A stretch of 64,000 bases of DNA from Escherichia phage HK6, in sequence record PP724615.1; one strand, written 5' to 3'. Positions within the stretch are counted from its first letter, which is position 1. Each line of letters starts with the position of its first letter. A program made the position numbers and the translations under genes. Shown here one piece after another: positions 7,363 to 16,523 of this stretch. The notes under the pieces were generated by a model. The model was given only the letters and a program-made list of their open reading frames with translations, was not told the origin of the DNA and ran no database searches.

Positions 7363-9693
7363 TTAAATAGTACAACCACCGGATGCACAACCGGCTGCTT
7401 CTTCTCCAGCACCTCCACCATTTGCGGTATTGAAGTTAGCATAATACCAAGTTTTCCACCCATACTTAACAGCAGTCATGAAATCACGAACCACTACTGG
7501 GCCAGGAATGATTTCATTCTCAAACTTGGTGTAGTCATAGTACATATTCGTACTGATAGACTGACTGAAGAATTTCTGCATAGTTGCTACCCACTTGATC
7601 CACTCGATACGATCTACATCATAAGCCAGTTTATAGCTCATTAACGTTTCCCAATCGGTTGCACCCGGAGCAATTGCAATTACTTTATTCACTGCACTAC
7701 CCTTGATAGATACAATCTTACGAGGCGGTTCAATAGAGTTAGTAACACCTAACAGAACAGAAGAACTTTCTCCCGGCATCTGAGCAGTCAGAACAGAGTT
7801 ACGCATACCATATTTCAGAATATCTGCACGCAGAGACTCCCAGTCCATTTCTAGACCTACGGATACCAGTTCATCAACAGTTTTCTTGTACGTGTCGATT
7901 ACCAGAATTCCTTTAGATGGTTTAGTACGATCAAACCACTCACATGCACCCTGTTCTTTAGCTAGTCGTACAGAGGCTTTATGCAGGAAGTAAGACAGTT
8001 TTTCAGCCTCACGGTGAATCCAGTTACGGGCTTCAATACCTTCATAAGCCAGACCTTCTGCTGCCATTGCACCTGCTGCGTTCATTAGTCCAATACCAAC
8101 ATTACGACGTTTCTTAGCCGTATATTCCATAGTTGGGAACGGATAATCCTGAATTTCAATAATTGTATCAACGAATTTCAGAAGGATGTAGCAAGTTTTT
8201 TCCCACTCAGCTAGTGATTCCATACGTCCAAGTACAACACCACCTAAGTTACACAAAGATACTTCACCAATATCCTCCGGTTTCATTTGATCAAGCTGCT
8301 CTTTTGTCTTATACAGCTCTGTGATATGATGGAACGGGCGTGTAGGCTGAGTAATTTCAACACAAAGGTTTGTCATACGGATCGGATCAAGGAAATTACC
8401 GTGACGATTAGATTCCCCGATGTGATGAGCATACATACGTCCTGTTTCCATTCGGATACGTAGCCAAGTATCTAGGATTTCTTTTGCAGAGACTTTAGGA
8501 GCTGCAGGAACTGTTTTTCCTTCGTGGTCGATCTTTGTAAGAGATGCCACACGTTTCTCCGCTGCCACGTAGATTTCTTCAAATTTAGCCTCGTCATCAC
8601 TATAAAACGCTTCATGAACTTCTGGAGCATAGAAGTATGACATTAGCGTAATATCTTCGTTTTTAAGATAACGTTTTAACAAAAGATTGTTAAAGCTCAG
8701 AGAATAATCCATCTTATCGATTTTATTCTCATCTGTAGCACGTTGTTGCTTAACCTGCATCAATTGAATGATTTCAGGGTCGAAGTATGGATAAGACACT
8801 GTAGCAGAACCACCACGAGTTTGCTGAGTATTGGCCTTTACTGAGCGGTCAATGTGTCGATAATATGGCAGTTTTCCGGAATGCGGGAATGCCCCATTTC
8901 GCACCGGATCAGCAATTGATCGGCTTTCAAGATGATACCCGATTCCCGCTCTGGCTGCGACCATTTTGAAGACGATGTGCTCGGCGGTGTCGATTGAATC
9001 CAACGTGTCAGTGGAATCCACGAGGCAGCAACTAGCAAATCCACGGTCACTAGAGCGCAGACCAACCAGTGGCGGCGTAGGAACGTTGATTTTGTGGAGT
9101 GACATTGCGTTGTAGAGATCGATTGCATCTAGAATTGTCCAGTTAGGTTGAGATAGCATCGCCATTGCCATACCCATGTAGGCAAACTGCGGAGTTTCGT
9201 AAATTTCACCAGTGGCTATGTTACGACGGGAATACTTATCAAAGAACTGCTTCAGTCCACCACTAGTAAAAAGACGGTCACGATCATGGTCGATAACCTG
9301 ATTCAGAGCTTCAAATTGCTCATCGGTAATCCATGCACTCATGTCTTCCCATGCACCTACGCTAACCATATGGTCATGGAAGAAGCGTAGAGAAGGTGGT
9401 TCGAAAGAATCATAAAGGCGTTTACGCATTTGCGCAAGACGTAATTCCTTTGCTGGCACATCATATGCTGGATTATCTTTAATAAGACTTTCAGCAGCTT
9501 TAATTAATGCATCCATCAGAGTGTCGGAATCTACAACCCCTTTAGGCAGAGTTTTTTGAGCAGCCATAGTAATGGCTGACCAACTTACATCAACTGTTTT
9601 GCAACCATACTCTGCCCAACCATTGATTTTTTCAGGAGCAAAGTCTTCTACAGTACCGTCACGTTTAATTACTTTTTCAATGCGATGGCTCAT
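7363..9693 (-). CDS. nrdA: ribonucleotide reductase class I large (alpha) subunit
   Basis: ATP-cone (VIKRDGTVEDFAPEKI), catalytic-site region NLCVEI and C-terminal Cys pair. Track ORF extends to 9798; preferred start ATG 9693 (MSHRIEK) has AAGGAAA RBS. Confidence 0.85.
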   Translation of the reverse strand: MSHRIEKVIKRDGTVEDFAPEKINGWAEYGCKTVDVSWSAITMAAQKTLPKGVVDSDTLMDALIKAAESLIKDNPAYDVPAKELRLAQMRKRLYDSFEPPSLRFFHDHMVSVGAWEDMSAWITDEQFEALNQVIDHDRDRLFTSGGLKQFFDKYSRRNIATGEIYETPQFAYMGMAMAMLSQPNWTILDAIDLYNAMSLHKINVPTPPLVGLRSSDRGFASCCLVDSTDTLDSIDTAEHIVFKMVAARAGIGYHLESRSIADPVRNGAFPHSGKLPYYRHIDRSVKANTQQTRGGSATVSYPYFDPEIIQLMQVKQQRATDENKIDKMDYSLSFNNLLLKRYLKNEDITLMSYFYAPEVHEAFYSDDEAKFEEIYVAAEKRVASLTKIDHEGKTVPAAPKVSAKEILDTWLRIRMETGRMYAHHIGESNRHGNFLDPIRMTNLCVEITQPTRPFHHITELYKTKEQLDQMKPEDIGEVSLCNLGGVVLGRMESLAEWEKTCYILLKFVDTIIEIQDYPFPTMEYTAKKRRNVGIGLMNAAGAMAAEGLAYEGIEARNWIHREAEKLSYFLHKASVRLAKEQGACEWFDRTKPSKGILVIDTYKKTVDELVSVGLEMDWESLRADILKYGMRNSVLTAQMPGESSSVLLGVTNSIEPPRKIVSIKGSAVNKVIAIAPGATDWETLMSYKLAYDVDRIEWIKWVATMQKFFSQSISTNMYYDYTKFENEIIPGPVVVRDFMTAVKYGWKTWYYANFNTANGGGAGEEAAGCASGGCTI

Positions 9694-9835
9694 TTGGCTT
9701 TCCTTTTTATAGTTATCAGGATTTAAGGAATATTCTACTTTATTATCGGTCATTAGGCAAATAAAATTTTCTGATAGAAAAGGCCCGAGTATTTTCATAC
9801 CCAGGCCCTGTATATTACCAGTCTAGCTTTTTAGC

Positions 9836-10126
9836 TTATTCAATTACTTTAGCTCTAGCTACTTCTTTTAATAGAATATCTATGGAGGTGCTCAGCTCGT
9901 TATAATTGAATGGTTTATTTGGATTTGAGGTTACAATTTTCCACGCTAGGGTTGTCTTAGGACTTTCTTCCCCTTCCTTACGTGTAATCATATTAGCAGC
10001 ACTCAGTGAAGTACGATGTATTTTAGTTTTACGGCTCAGATGAACGACGTTTCCCATATTACACCTTCCCCATGTCTTTAAAAATATCATAGAATGCTTT
10101 AGACTCAACAGAACGAACGTTATCAA
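9836..10126 (-). CDS. hypothetical protein
   Basis: 96-aa ORF; 5' end overlaps phoH 3' end, so real start is probably internal. Confidence 0.3.
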   Translation of the reverse strand: MITFVLLSLKHSMIFLKTWGRCNMGNVVHLSRKTKIHRTSLSAANMITRKEGEESPKTTLAWKIVTSNPNKPFNYNELSTSIDILLKEVARAKVIE

Positions 10127-10820
10127 TCAATTCGATCATTGAGAATGGGGCATTTTCGTATTTCTCATAGACTTCCATAAGGAGTGCTAGACCTGAGTCA
10201 CCTTTAATGTCTTTCTGAGCTATATCTCCGCAGATAATTAAACGGCAGTCTTGTCCTACACGAGTTAGGAGACAAATCATTGCCTCAACGGAAATATTCT
10301 GAGCTTCATCGACAATTACATAGGAGTTGTTGAAAGTTCTGCCACGAGCATGTTCGATAGCCAAAAATTTAATTTTCTGACGTTCGACATATCCTTTATA
10401 TGCATGATCGCCGATGGCCCATTTCATACCATCAGCTATTGGCTCCAACCAAGGTTCTAGCTTTTCCGCTAGATCACCAGGAAGCATACCAAGAGACTTG
10501 CCTAGAGGTTCATTAGGACGTACGAGAATCACTTGCTCAATATCTGAGTGAATGTCTACGAGTTCCTGAGCTGCAAGAACGGACGGAATAAAGGTTTTAC
10601 CAGTACCCGGCTCACCGATACCCACAGTCACTGTGTTGTTCTTGATCATATTGATATATGATTTTTGCTCGCGGTTTTTACCTACTAGGGATTTAGCAAC
10701 TGGATTAGCGTAATCATTAGAAAAATCAGCCTGAATTACGTTGTTCTCATATTTGTTGCCACGCTTTCTTGAACCATTGCGGTTCTCTCTTTTTTGACGT
10801 GCTTTTCCCATAAATAACAC
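10059..10820 (-). CDS. phoH: PhoH-like ATPase
   Basis: Walker A GEPGTGKT, Walker B-like VIVDEAQN, overall PhoH-type layout. Confidence 0.8.
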   Translation of the reverse strand: MLFMGKARQKRENRNGSRKRGNKYENNVIQADFSNDYANPVAKSLVGKNREQKSYINMIKNNTVTVGIGEPGTGKTFIPSVLAAQELVDIHSDIEQVILVRPNEPLGKSLGMLPGDLAEKLEPWLEPIADGMKWAIGDHAYKGYVERQKIKFLAIEHARGRTFNNSYVIVDEAQNISVEAMICLLTRVGQDCRLIICGDIAQKDIKGDSGLALLMEVYEKYENAPFSMIELIDNVRSVESKAFYDIFKDMGKV

Positions 10821-11105
10821 TCCTATAGTGTACTTCGCTAACAGAGGATCAACAAAAAGATCTTGTTTATCAACTTACAAATATATTATACCAATATATA
10901 CAGTAAAAAGCAACTACAATTTTAAATAAGCCTATGATATTGCATTTAAATAAAAAATTTGCTTGCTTTTAACGTGAGATGTGTGATACTAGATAATCAT
11001 TTTATATCGCGTGCACGAGTGCGTGATTATACAATTTTTAATAGAGATTGGCAAATAAAATTTTTTGACTCAGATCATGTTACAGAACTTTATAGTAAAA
11101 TATTG

Positions 11106-11134
11106 TTGACATCCGCCCTCGAATGAGTTATAAT
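11106..11134 (+). promoter_or_regulatory. sigma70-type promoter for nrdD
   Basis: TTGACA (11106-11111), 17-bp spacer, TATAAT (11129-11134); RBS GAAGGAGAG before ATG 11164. Confidence 0.6.
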
Positions 11135-11163
11135 AGTAGTCTTAGTTAGAGAAGGAGAGTATA

Positions 11164-13038
11164 ATGAATCGCAATGAAGAACTAAAGTATAAAGAAATGC
11201 AGGCGTTAATTAGAAACTGCAAAGAGATTATCGAAGGGTCAGCAGATGAAGAGCTGCTGTTTAATAATGCTAATAAACCCTCAGAACGTTTCCCTACACA
11301 AAGGGATATGCTTGCAGGTGAGTTGAGTAAGTATCTGATTCTAGAAGAAATGCCAATTCAGATTCGAAATGCTCATATGATTGGGGATATTCATTTCCAT
11401 GATGCTGATTATGCTGCATTAGGCATGACTAATTGTTGTCTGGTAGCTCTGGAAGATATGTTAAAGAATGGTATGAAGGTTGGTAATGCTGAAATTAGCA
11501 CTCCAAACTCTATTACCACTGCGGCGGCTATTACTGCTCAAATTATCACTCAGGTTAGCTCCCATCAGTATGGTGGTACTTCTGTAGATCGCCTTGATGA
11601 AGTATTAGCCCCTTATGTTCGTAAATCCTATGACAAAAATCATGCGTTTGCAAAACGTTGGACTAAGGATGAAGCCAAAGCATCCGTAATGGCTACGGAG
11701 ATGACTGAAAAAGAAGTCTATGACGCTTGTCAGGGTTTAGAATATGAAATCAATACCATGTTCAACTCTAATGGTCAGAGTCCATTTATTACCTTTGGTT
11801 TTGGTCTAGGAACTTCTTGGGAAGCACGTCTAGTACAGAAAGCAATACTGAAAGTACGCATGGATGGTTTAGGTATCAATAAACGTACAGCTATCTTCCC
11901 AAAACTGGTATTTGTACTTCGTGATGGTGTTAACATGAAACCAGGAGATGTTAATTATGACATCAAGAAGTTAGCTATGAAATGTACTGCTGAACGTATG
12001 TATCCAGATTATATCAGCTATGACAAGGTTGTAGAAGTTACTGGAGACTACAAAGTTTCTATGGGCTGCCGTTCATTCCTAGCTGCTACAGAAGATGGTG
12101 AAACTGCCGGTCGTAATAACTTAGGTGTTGTTTCTGTAAACTTGCCTAGAATTGCTATCGAAGCTGAAGGAAATATTGACCTATTCTTTGATTTGCTTGA
12201 GCTACGTGTGGATACAGCGTTAAAAGCATTGGAGTGGAGAGTTGATCGCTTAAAATACATTCAAGCTAAAGCTGCACCTATCCTCTATATGTCCGGAGCC
12301 TTTGGGTTACGCTTGGGGCCTGATGAGTATGTGTTCGATCATTTCTATAACCGTGCTTCTGTATCTCTAGGGTATATTGGTTGCCATGAAATGCTACAGT
12401 TCATGTTTGGCAAAGATGTAGACACAATGTCCGAGACCTGCATCAAGTTTGTTCAGCGTGTATTGCAGTACATGCGGGATAGAGTCGATCAGAAGAAGGA
12501 AGAGACTAAGTTAGGTTATAGCTTGTATGCTACACCGTCAGAGTCCCTATGCGATAGGTTTTGCCGTTTAGATCGTGAATATTTCCCAGAGCATGAAGAT
12601 ATTCTGTCTAAAGGATACTACACTAACTCGCACCACCTTGATGTAGAACGTAAAGTTGCTCCCAATGTGAAATTTGATTATGAATCTAACTTTACTCCTA
12701 TTGCTTCTGGTGGGTGCATTTCCTATGTAGAACTACCAGATATGAAACGATTCCCAGATGCACTGGAATGGGTTATTAATTATGCTGCTAGTAAAGTTCA
12801 TTACTTCGGTATTAATACTCCAGTGGATTCTTGTGGTAAATGTGGATTCTTAGGTGAAACAGTAGCATCCGAAGATGGGTTTAAGTGCCCTATCTGTGGT
12901 AATCATGACCCCGAAACTCTTGAAGTAACTCGTCGAGTTTGTGGGTATCTTGGAAATCCAGGTGCTCGTCCATTTAACCCCGGCAAACAGCACGAGGTAA
13001 TGGGCAGAGTGAAGCATCAAGATATTCGAGCTAAGTAA
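11164..13038 (+). CDS. nrdD: anaerobic ribonucleoside-triphosphate reductase (class III)
   Basis: C-terminal zinc site CGKCG...CPICG and glycyl-radical motif RVCGYLG; 624 aa. Confidence 0.85.
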   Translation: MNRNEELKYKEMQALIRNCKEIIEGSADEELLFNNANKPSERFPTQRDMLAGELSKYLILEEMPIQIRNAHMIGDIHFHDADYAALGMTNCCLVALEDMLKNGMKVGNAEISTPNSITTAAAITAQIITQVSSHQYGGTSVDRLDEVLAPYVRKSYDKNHAFAKRWTKDEAKASVMATEMTEKEVYDACQGLEYEINTMFNSNGQSPFITFGFGLGTSWEARLVQKAILKVRMDGLGINKRTAIFPKLVFVLRDGVNMKPGDVNYDIKKLAMKCTAERMYPDYISYDKVVEVTGDYKVSMGCRSFLAATEDGETAGRNNLGVVSVNLPRIAIEAEGNIDLFFDLLELRVDTALKALEWRVDRLKYIQAKAAPILYMSGAFGLRLGPDEYVFDHFYNRASVSLGYIGCHEMLQFMFGKDVDTMSETCIKFVQRVLQYMRDRVDQKKEETKLGYSLYATPSESLCDRFCRLDREYFPEHEDILSKGYYTNSHHLDVERKVAPNVKFDYESNFTPIASGGCISYVELPDMKRFPDALEWVINYAASKVHYFGINTPVDSCGKCGFLGETVASEDGFKCPICGNHDPETLEVTRRVCGYLGNPGARPFNPGKQHEVMGRVKHQDIRAK

Positions 13039-13044
13039 GCTAAT

Positions 13045-13080
13045 CAGCCGGGTTGCTAGTCGACCTGGCTTTTATTTTAT
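13045..13080 (+). terminator. rho-independent terminator after nrdD
   Basis: GCCGGG...CCTGGC stem (one G-U pair) followed by TTTTATTTTAT. Confidence 0.5.
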
Positions 13081-13109
13081 TTGCTTTCATCCAAAAATTT
13101 ATATATAAT
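13081..13109 (+). promoter_or_regulatory. sigma70-type early promoter
   Basis: TTGCTT, 17 bp, TATAAT, then conserved AGATTTATAAATTTGAGAGGAGA box that includes the RBS. Confidence 0.6.
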
Positions 13110-13137
13110 AGATTTATAAATTTGAGAGGAGAAAGAT

Positions 13138-13518
13138 ATGGAATTAAAGCCCTATATAGTTGAATCTACATGTGGTAGTTTCCATCTGGGTGTGGATGAT
13201 ATTGCTGAGGCTGTCTTTGCTGCTACAGGTGATTACTCGCATATAGAGGGTGTTGCATACCCTACCATTATTGGCGATTGGGTGGAAACAAATCTAGATG
13301 TATCGCCTTATAACCCATATTGCTTGTTTGATGAAGACAGAGATGAAGTAAAATGTAATCTTGAATTTGTGTATAATAGAGTGTTAAAAGTATACCAACG
13401 TAGCCCCAATGGGTACGAAGATATTACTTGGAGTATTAAACAGTATCTTAAAGATATATACTCTAGTTTTTCTGACGAAGACCTAGAAATAGTTGCAGTG
13501 GAGTTTAATAATGACTAA
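13138..13518 (+). CDS. acidic hypothetical protein
   Basis: 126-aa ORF with Asp/Glu-rich composition; first gene after the promoter. Confidence 0.45.
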   Translation: MELKPYIVESTCGSFHLGVDDIAEAVFAATGDYSHIEGVAYPTIIGDWVETNLDVSPYNPYCLFDEDRDEVKCNLEFVYNRVLKVYQRSPNGYEDITWSIKQYLKDIYSSFSDEDLEIVAVEFNND

Positions 13519-13717
13519 GAATGTGAAACACCTTAAATATCGCTTAATTTACAACGGACGTATGGAAACAGAAGATCTGGCCCAGTTAGCTATTAATTCT
13601 AAGGAGGTTACAGTGCGTGCGCTGGCAATTGAAAAGTTGCGTGCCTCTTATGAAAATCGTGTTATGGAATTAGAGGAGAAACTTTATGGCATTCTCGAAG
13701 CCGATGCTACCAGATAA
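13493..13717 (+). CDS. hypothetical protein
   Basis: 74-aa ORF overlapping neighbours; start likely internal (MTKNVKHL). Confidence 0.35.
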   Translation: MQWSLIMTKNVKHLKYRLIYNGRMETEDLAQLAINSKEVTVRALAIEKLRASYENRVMELEEKLYGILEADATR

Positions 13718-13907
13718 GGGTTTAAACGCCGCTTTGGAAAACGCATTAATGCAGCACTGGGAAACTGGCTATAAGGATGGTGTTGAATCCTGCGCTACTA
13801 TGCTAGAAGTTATTGCTAATACCTTAATGGAGAAAGGCAATAAAGAATTAGCTGAGCTATTAGATAGTATTGGGCAAAACTTCAGAGAACAGGTGAAAAA
13901 TGCGTAG
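13686..13907 (+). CDS. hypothetical protein
   Basis: 73-aa ORF; stop overlaps the Sir2-like start. Confidence 0.35.
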   Translation: MAFSKPMLPDKGLNAALENALMQHWETGYKDGVESCATMLEVIANTLMEKGNKELAELLDSIGQNFREQVKNA

Positions 13908-14736
13908 ATTAATTATTATTAGTGGTGCAGGTTTGAGTGTTGAAAGTGGTGTACGAGCTTTTCGTACTAATACTGCTAGCGGTAAAGCATTGTGGGATGA
14001 TTATGATCTAGAAGAAGTATGTAATATTCATGCCTTTCGTGGTAATTTTTATCATAAAACCCATATGTTTTACAACAAGCGTCGTGAAGAGCTAAAAACT
14101 GTTGAACCCAATCTTGCGCATTTGCGTATTGGTGAATGGTATAAACAATATCCAGGTCAAGTAGTAAACTTGACTACCAACGTTGATGACCTTATTGAGC
14201 GTGCTGGCGTTTCACATAGTGACATTCTGCACATTCACGGATATTTAAAAGAGGTTGTTGTAGCTGATAGCTACAATAGTAGCAATAAACGGATTATTGA
14301 TGTAGGATACAGTTCTATCGATCCGGATGATTATAAATGGGTTAAACCTAATGTAATCTTCTTTGGAGAGCATGCTCCAGCATATGCAGAAATGTACAAT
14401 GTTTTTGATGGTATTACCAGTCAAGATATGATTGTTGTGGTTGGTTGTTCTAACCAAGTAATTAACTTCTACTGGGAATTATTTCCTGTTCTTAATTTGA
14501 CTGCTGCGAAACTTATGGTTGTTAACTACCATGATAGTGCCCTCGCAGCGGAACCGGGCTATCAAGGTATGACTCGTAGTGAGATGTACCAGCTGGAGGA
14601 ACGCGGTATCCCTTACTGGAGTAAAGGTGCGGTAGATGCTTTCAGTGACCCTGATTTTATTGCTCGTGTAGAAGCTCATTTAGAGGGTAGACCTTATGTG
14701 TTGAGAAGCAAGGGAAACAGATATGTCCATAGTTAA
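13900..14736 (+). CDS. Sir2 (sirtuin) family NAD-dependent protein lacking the zinc ribbon
   Basis: GAGLSVESGVRAFR (cf. GAGISxESGIPxFR), TTNVDDLIERAG (cf. TQNIDxLH..AG), HIHG catalytic His, VIFFGE, VVVGCS, VVN; no Cys pairs between HG and FGE. Confidence 0.7.
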   Translation: MRRLIIISGAGLSVESGVRAFRTNTASGKALWDDYDLEEVCNIHAFRGNFYHKTHMFYNKRREELKTVEPNLAHLRIGEWYKQYPGQVVNLTTNVDDLIERAGVSHSDILHIHGYLKEVVVADSYNSSNKRIIDVGYSSIDPDDYKWVKPNVIFFGEHAPAYAEMYNVFDGITSQDMIVVVGCSNQVINFYWELFPVLNLTAAKLMVVNYHDSALAAEPGYQGMTRSEMYQLEERGIPYWSKGAVDAFSDPDFIARVEAHLEGRPYVLRSKGNRYVHS

Positions 14737-14905
14737 ATCTGTATATACACATCCCGATGACATATTTGTATGGGCAGATGGTAGTTGGTGCTATCGATGT
14801 GAGTTATGGGAAATGGACTATAAATCCGATGACTATGGCGTCATATATGTTGATACGGTTGAGTATGATACGTTCTTAGAAAGGAACAAAAATGGAAATA
14901 AGTAA
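14723..14905 (+). CDS. hypothetical protein
   Basis: 60-aa ORF inside an overlapping gene chain. Confidence 0.3.
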   Translation: MSIVKSVYTHPDDIFVWADGSWCYRCELWEMDYKSDDYGVIYVDTVEYDTFLERNKNGNK

Positions 14906-15398
14906 TACTCCAATTATTTTTCTAGATATTGATGGGGTGCTCAATTCGAGCATCTCCCACCATCATGCACCTGATAATGAAAAGATTTTCTTTGGAAGTG
15001 ACTGGGTTTTCAAACCGCTTCTCAAGGCTTTTCAGGATTTTATTCGTCCTTCTCCGATAATGATTGTTGGAGTATCCTCATGGTTCTCTGTCAGGAATGA
15101 GATGGAAAACGTTCAGATTATGACCGGATTAGGTCTTATCGATCGTTTTCTTGGTACAACGGATTTTACTGGGGGTGGATTATCTAGGGGTAATTCTGTT
15201 CTTCGCTTCGTTGAAAAGCATAAGCTCAAACATTGGTGTGTGCTTGATGATGCTGGTGCTATGATGTATCAGTATCCAACGGTTATAGTCAACGGTAGGA
15301 CTGGGATAAATCTTCAAGATTTAAAAGCTGTTAGCTATATGCTAGAATTTAGCCCAGATCTTGAAATGTGTAAATCCTTACAACAATTTAAGGTGTAA
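14892..15398 (+). CDS. HAD-superfamily phosphatase-like protein
   Basis: N-terminal FLDIDGVLN (HAD motif I, DxDG) and later CVLDDAG acidic motif. Confidence 0.55.
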   Translation: MEISNTPIIFLDIDGVLNSSISHHHAPDNEKIFFGSDWVFKPLLKAFQDFIRPSPIMIVGVSSWFSVRNEMENVQIMTGLGLIDRFLGTTDFTGGGLSRGNSVLRFVEKHKLKHWCVLDDAGAMMYQYPTVIVNGRTGINLQDLKAVSYMLEFSPDLEMCKSLQQFKV

Positions 15399-15400
15399 AT

Positions 15401-15829
15401 ATGTTCAATAATGTATTCTCTAAAGAAGCTAACCCAATTTTGGTTAACTTTTGGCGTACTCTCCCAGCTAGCCTGTATAATGAGGCTATTAACTCCTTGA
15501 AAATATGGTGTGAGAATAATGAAATCTCCTTTGCTTTTAAAGATGATATTGATGAGGCCCCCTGTATTGGTTTAATTGTTCAGGTAGAGGAGGGTCTTGA
15601 GGAGATTGTCGGCTGGAAAGAGTTAGATGAAATAGGCTTAGTTTTTGCGTTAAACTATAAGCTGTTTATGCCTGCTAAGCATCGCCTCGTTGTTAACTAT
15701 AAAACTAGTGAATCTCCTGGTTTTCAAGTTAATGAACGTTACGGTTGGTCTTACTTACCGGAAGAAGTAAATGATGGTATCCAAAAACTTCGCCGTTTTG
15801 GTTATCAAATTCCGGGTTTAACTGCTTAA
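15401..15829 (+). CDS. hypothetical protein, paralog A of a tandem pair
   Basis: 142 aa; shares PCIG, W.EL...GL.(V/F)ALN, (I/V)PGL blocks with the next ORF. Confidence 0.5.
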   Translation: MFNNVFSKEANPILVNFWRTLPASLYNEAINSLKIWCENNEISFAFKDDIDEAPCIGLIVQVEEGLEEIVGWKELDEIGLVFALNYKLFMPAKHRLVVNYKTSESPGFQVNERYGWSYLPEEVNDGIQKLRRFGYQIPGLTA

Positions 15830-15838
15830 GGAGGAAGA

Positions 15839-16231
15839 ATGGAACAAGTATATTGGCGTCAGATTGACCCTAGTTTGGTGAAGCGTGCGGAAAAGCTGCT
15901 ACAACGTTGGTTAGGGGTAAGGCAAGCCTCCTTCACTTTTCCGGAGCAGCAAACGGATGATCCCTGCATTGGCGTTTTCCTGTCTGGATATGCCGGGGAA
16001 TGGGAGATGGACTGGAATGAATTGTCAGCTATGGGTTTAATTGTTGCCCTAAACTTCTCTATATTCCATCCACGTGGTTTGGCCATATGTCGCGTGCCTG
16101 ATGACGGTTGTTCGCCCCATCTTTTACAGGTGGAAAATGATATTTGGGAGTACACTCCAGATATTCTCGCAGAAGCTAAAGAACAATTAAATCGTGTTGG
16201 GATTTATGTTCCGGGATTAAATGATGAATAA
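15839..16231 (+). CDS. hypothetical protein, paralog B of a tandem pair
   Basis: 130 aa; colinear similarity (roughly 25-30% identity by eye) to 15401-15829. Confidence 0.5.
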   Translation: MEQVYWRQIDPSLVKRAEKLLQRWLGVRQASFTFPEQQTDDPCIGVFLSGYAGEWEMDWNELSAMGLIVALNFSIFHPRGLAICRVPDDGCSPHLLQVENDIWEYTPDILAEAKEQLNRVGIYVPGLNDE

Positions 16232-16418
16232 GGAATTTTGGAAAATAAAAGGGAAGATTTCTAAGTGGAATACTACAGGGAAAATTAGTAAGTCTCTAGA
16301 GATAGAGATAGCTAGAATGTTTACTGATCCTAATTTTGATATAGAAAAACTAAGCAAAGTAGATGCTAAAAAAGTAGATAAGTATATAGAAGAGATTAGA
16401 AGTATTTTAAGTGTCTAA
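16221..16418 (+). CDS. hypothetical protein
   Basis: 65-aa Lys/Glu-rich ORF, last before the terminator. Confidence 0.35.
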   Translation: MMNKEFWKIKGKISKWNTTGKISKSLEIEIARMFTDPNFDIEKLSKVDAKKVDKYIEEIRSILSV

Positions 16419-16424
16419 TCCACG

Positions 16425-16452
16425 TAACCGAGTCATTTTGGCTCGGTTTTAT
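16425..16452 (+). terminator. rho-independent terminator
   Basis: AACCGAGTC-ATTTTG-GCTCGGTT hairpin followed by TTTAT. Confidence 0.6.
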
Positions 16453-16494
16453 CCGTACTCAAGACCAATGATAGCACCATCCGGAAAATTTTAC

Positions 16495-16523
16495 TTGCAG
16501 GATGCCCAAAATCTTGATATAAT
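16495..16523 (+). promoter_or_regulatory. sigma70-type early promoter
   Basis: TTGCAG, 17 bp, TATAAT followed by ATTTATATTGAATTGAGAGA box. Confidence 0.55.
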
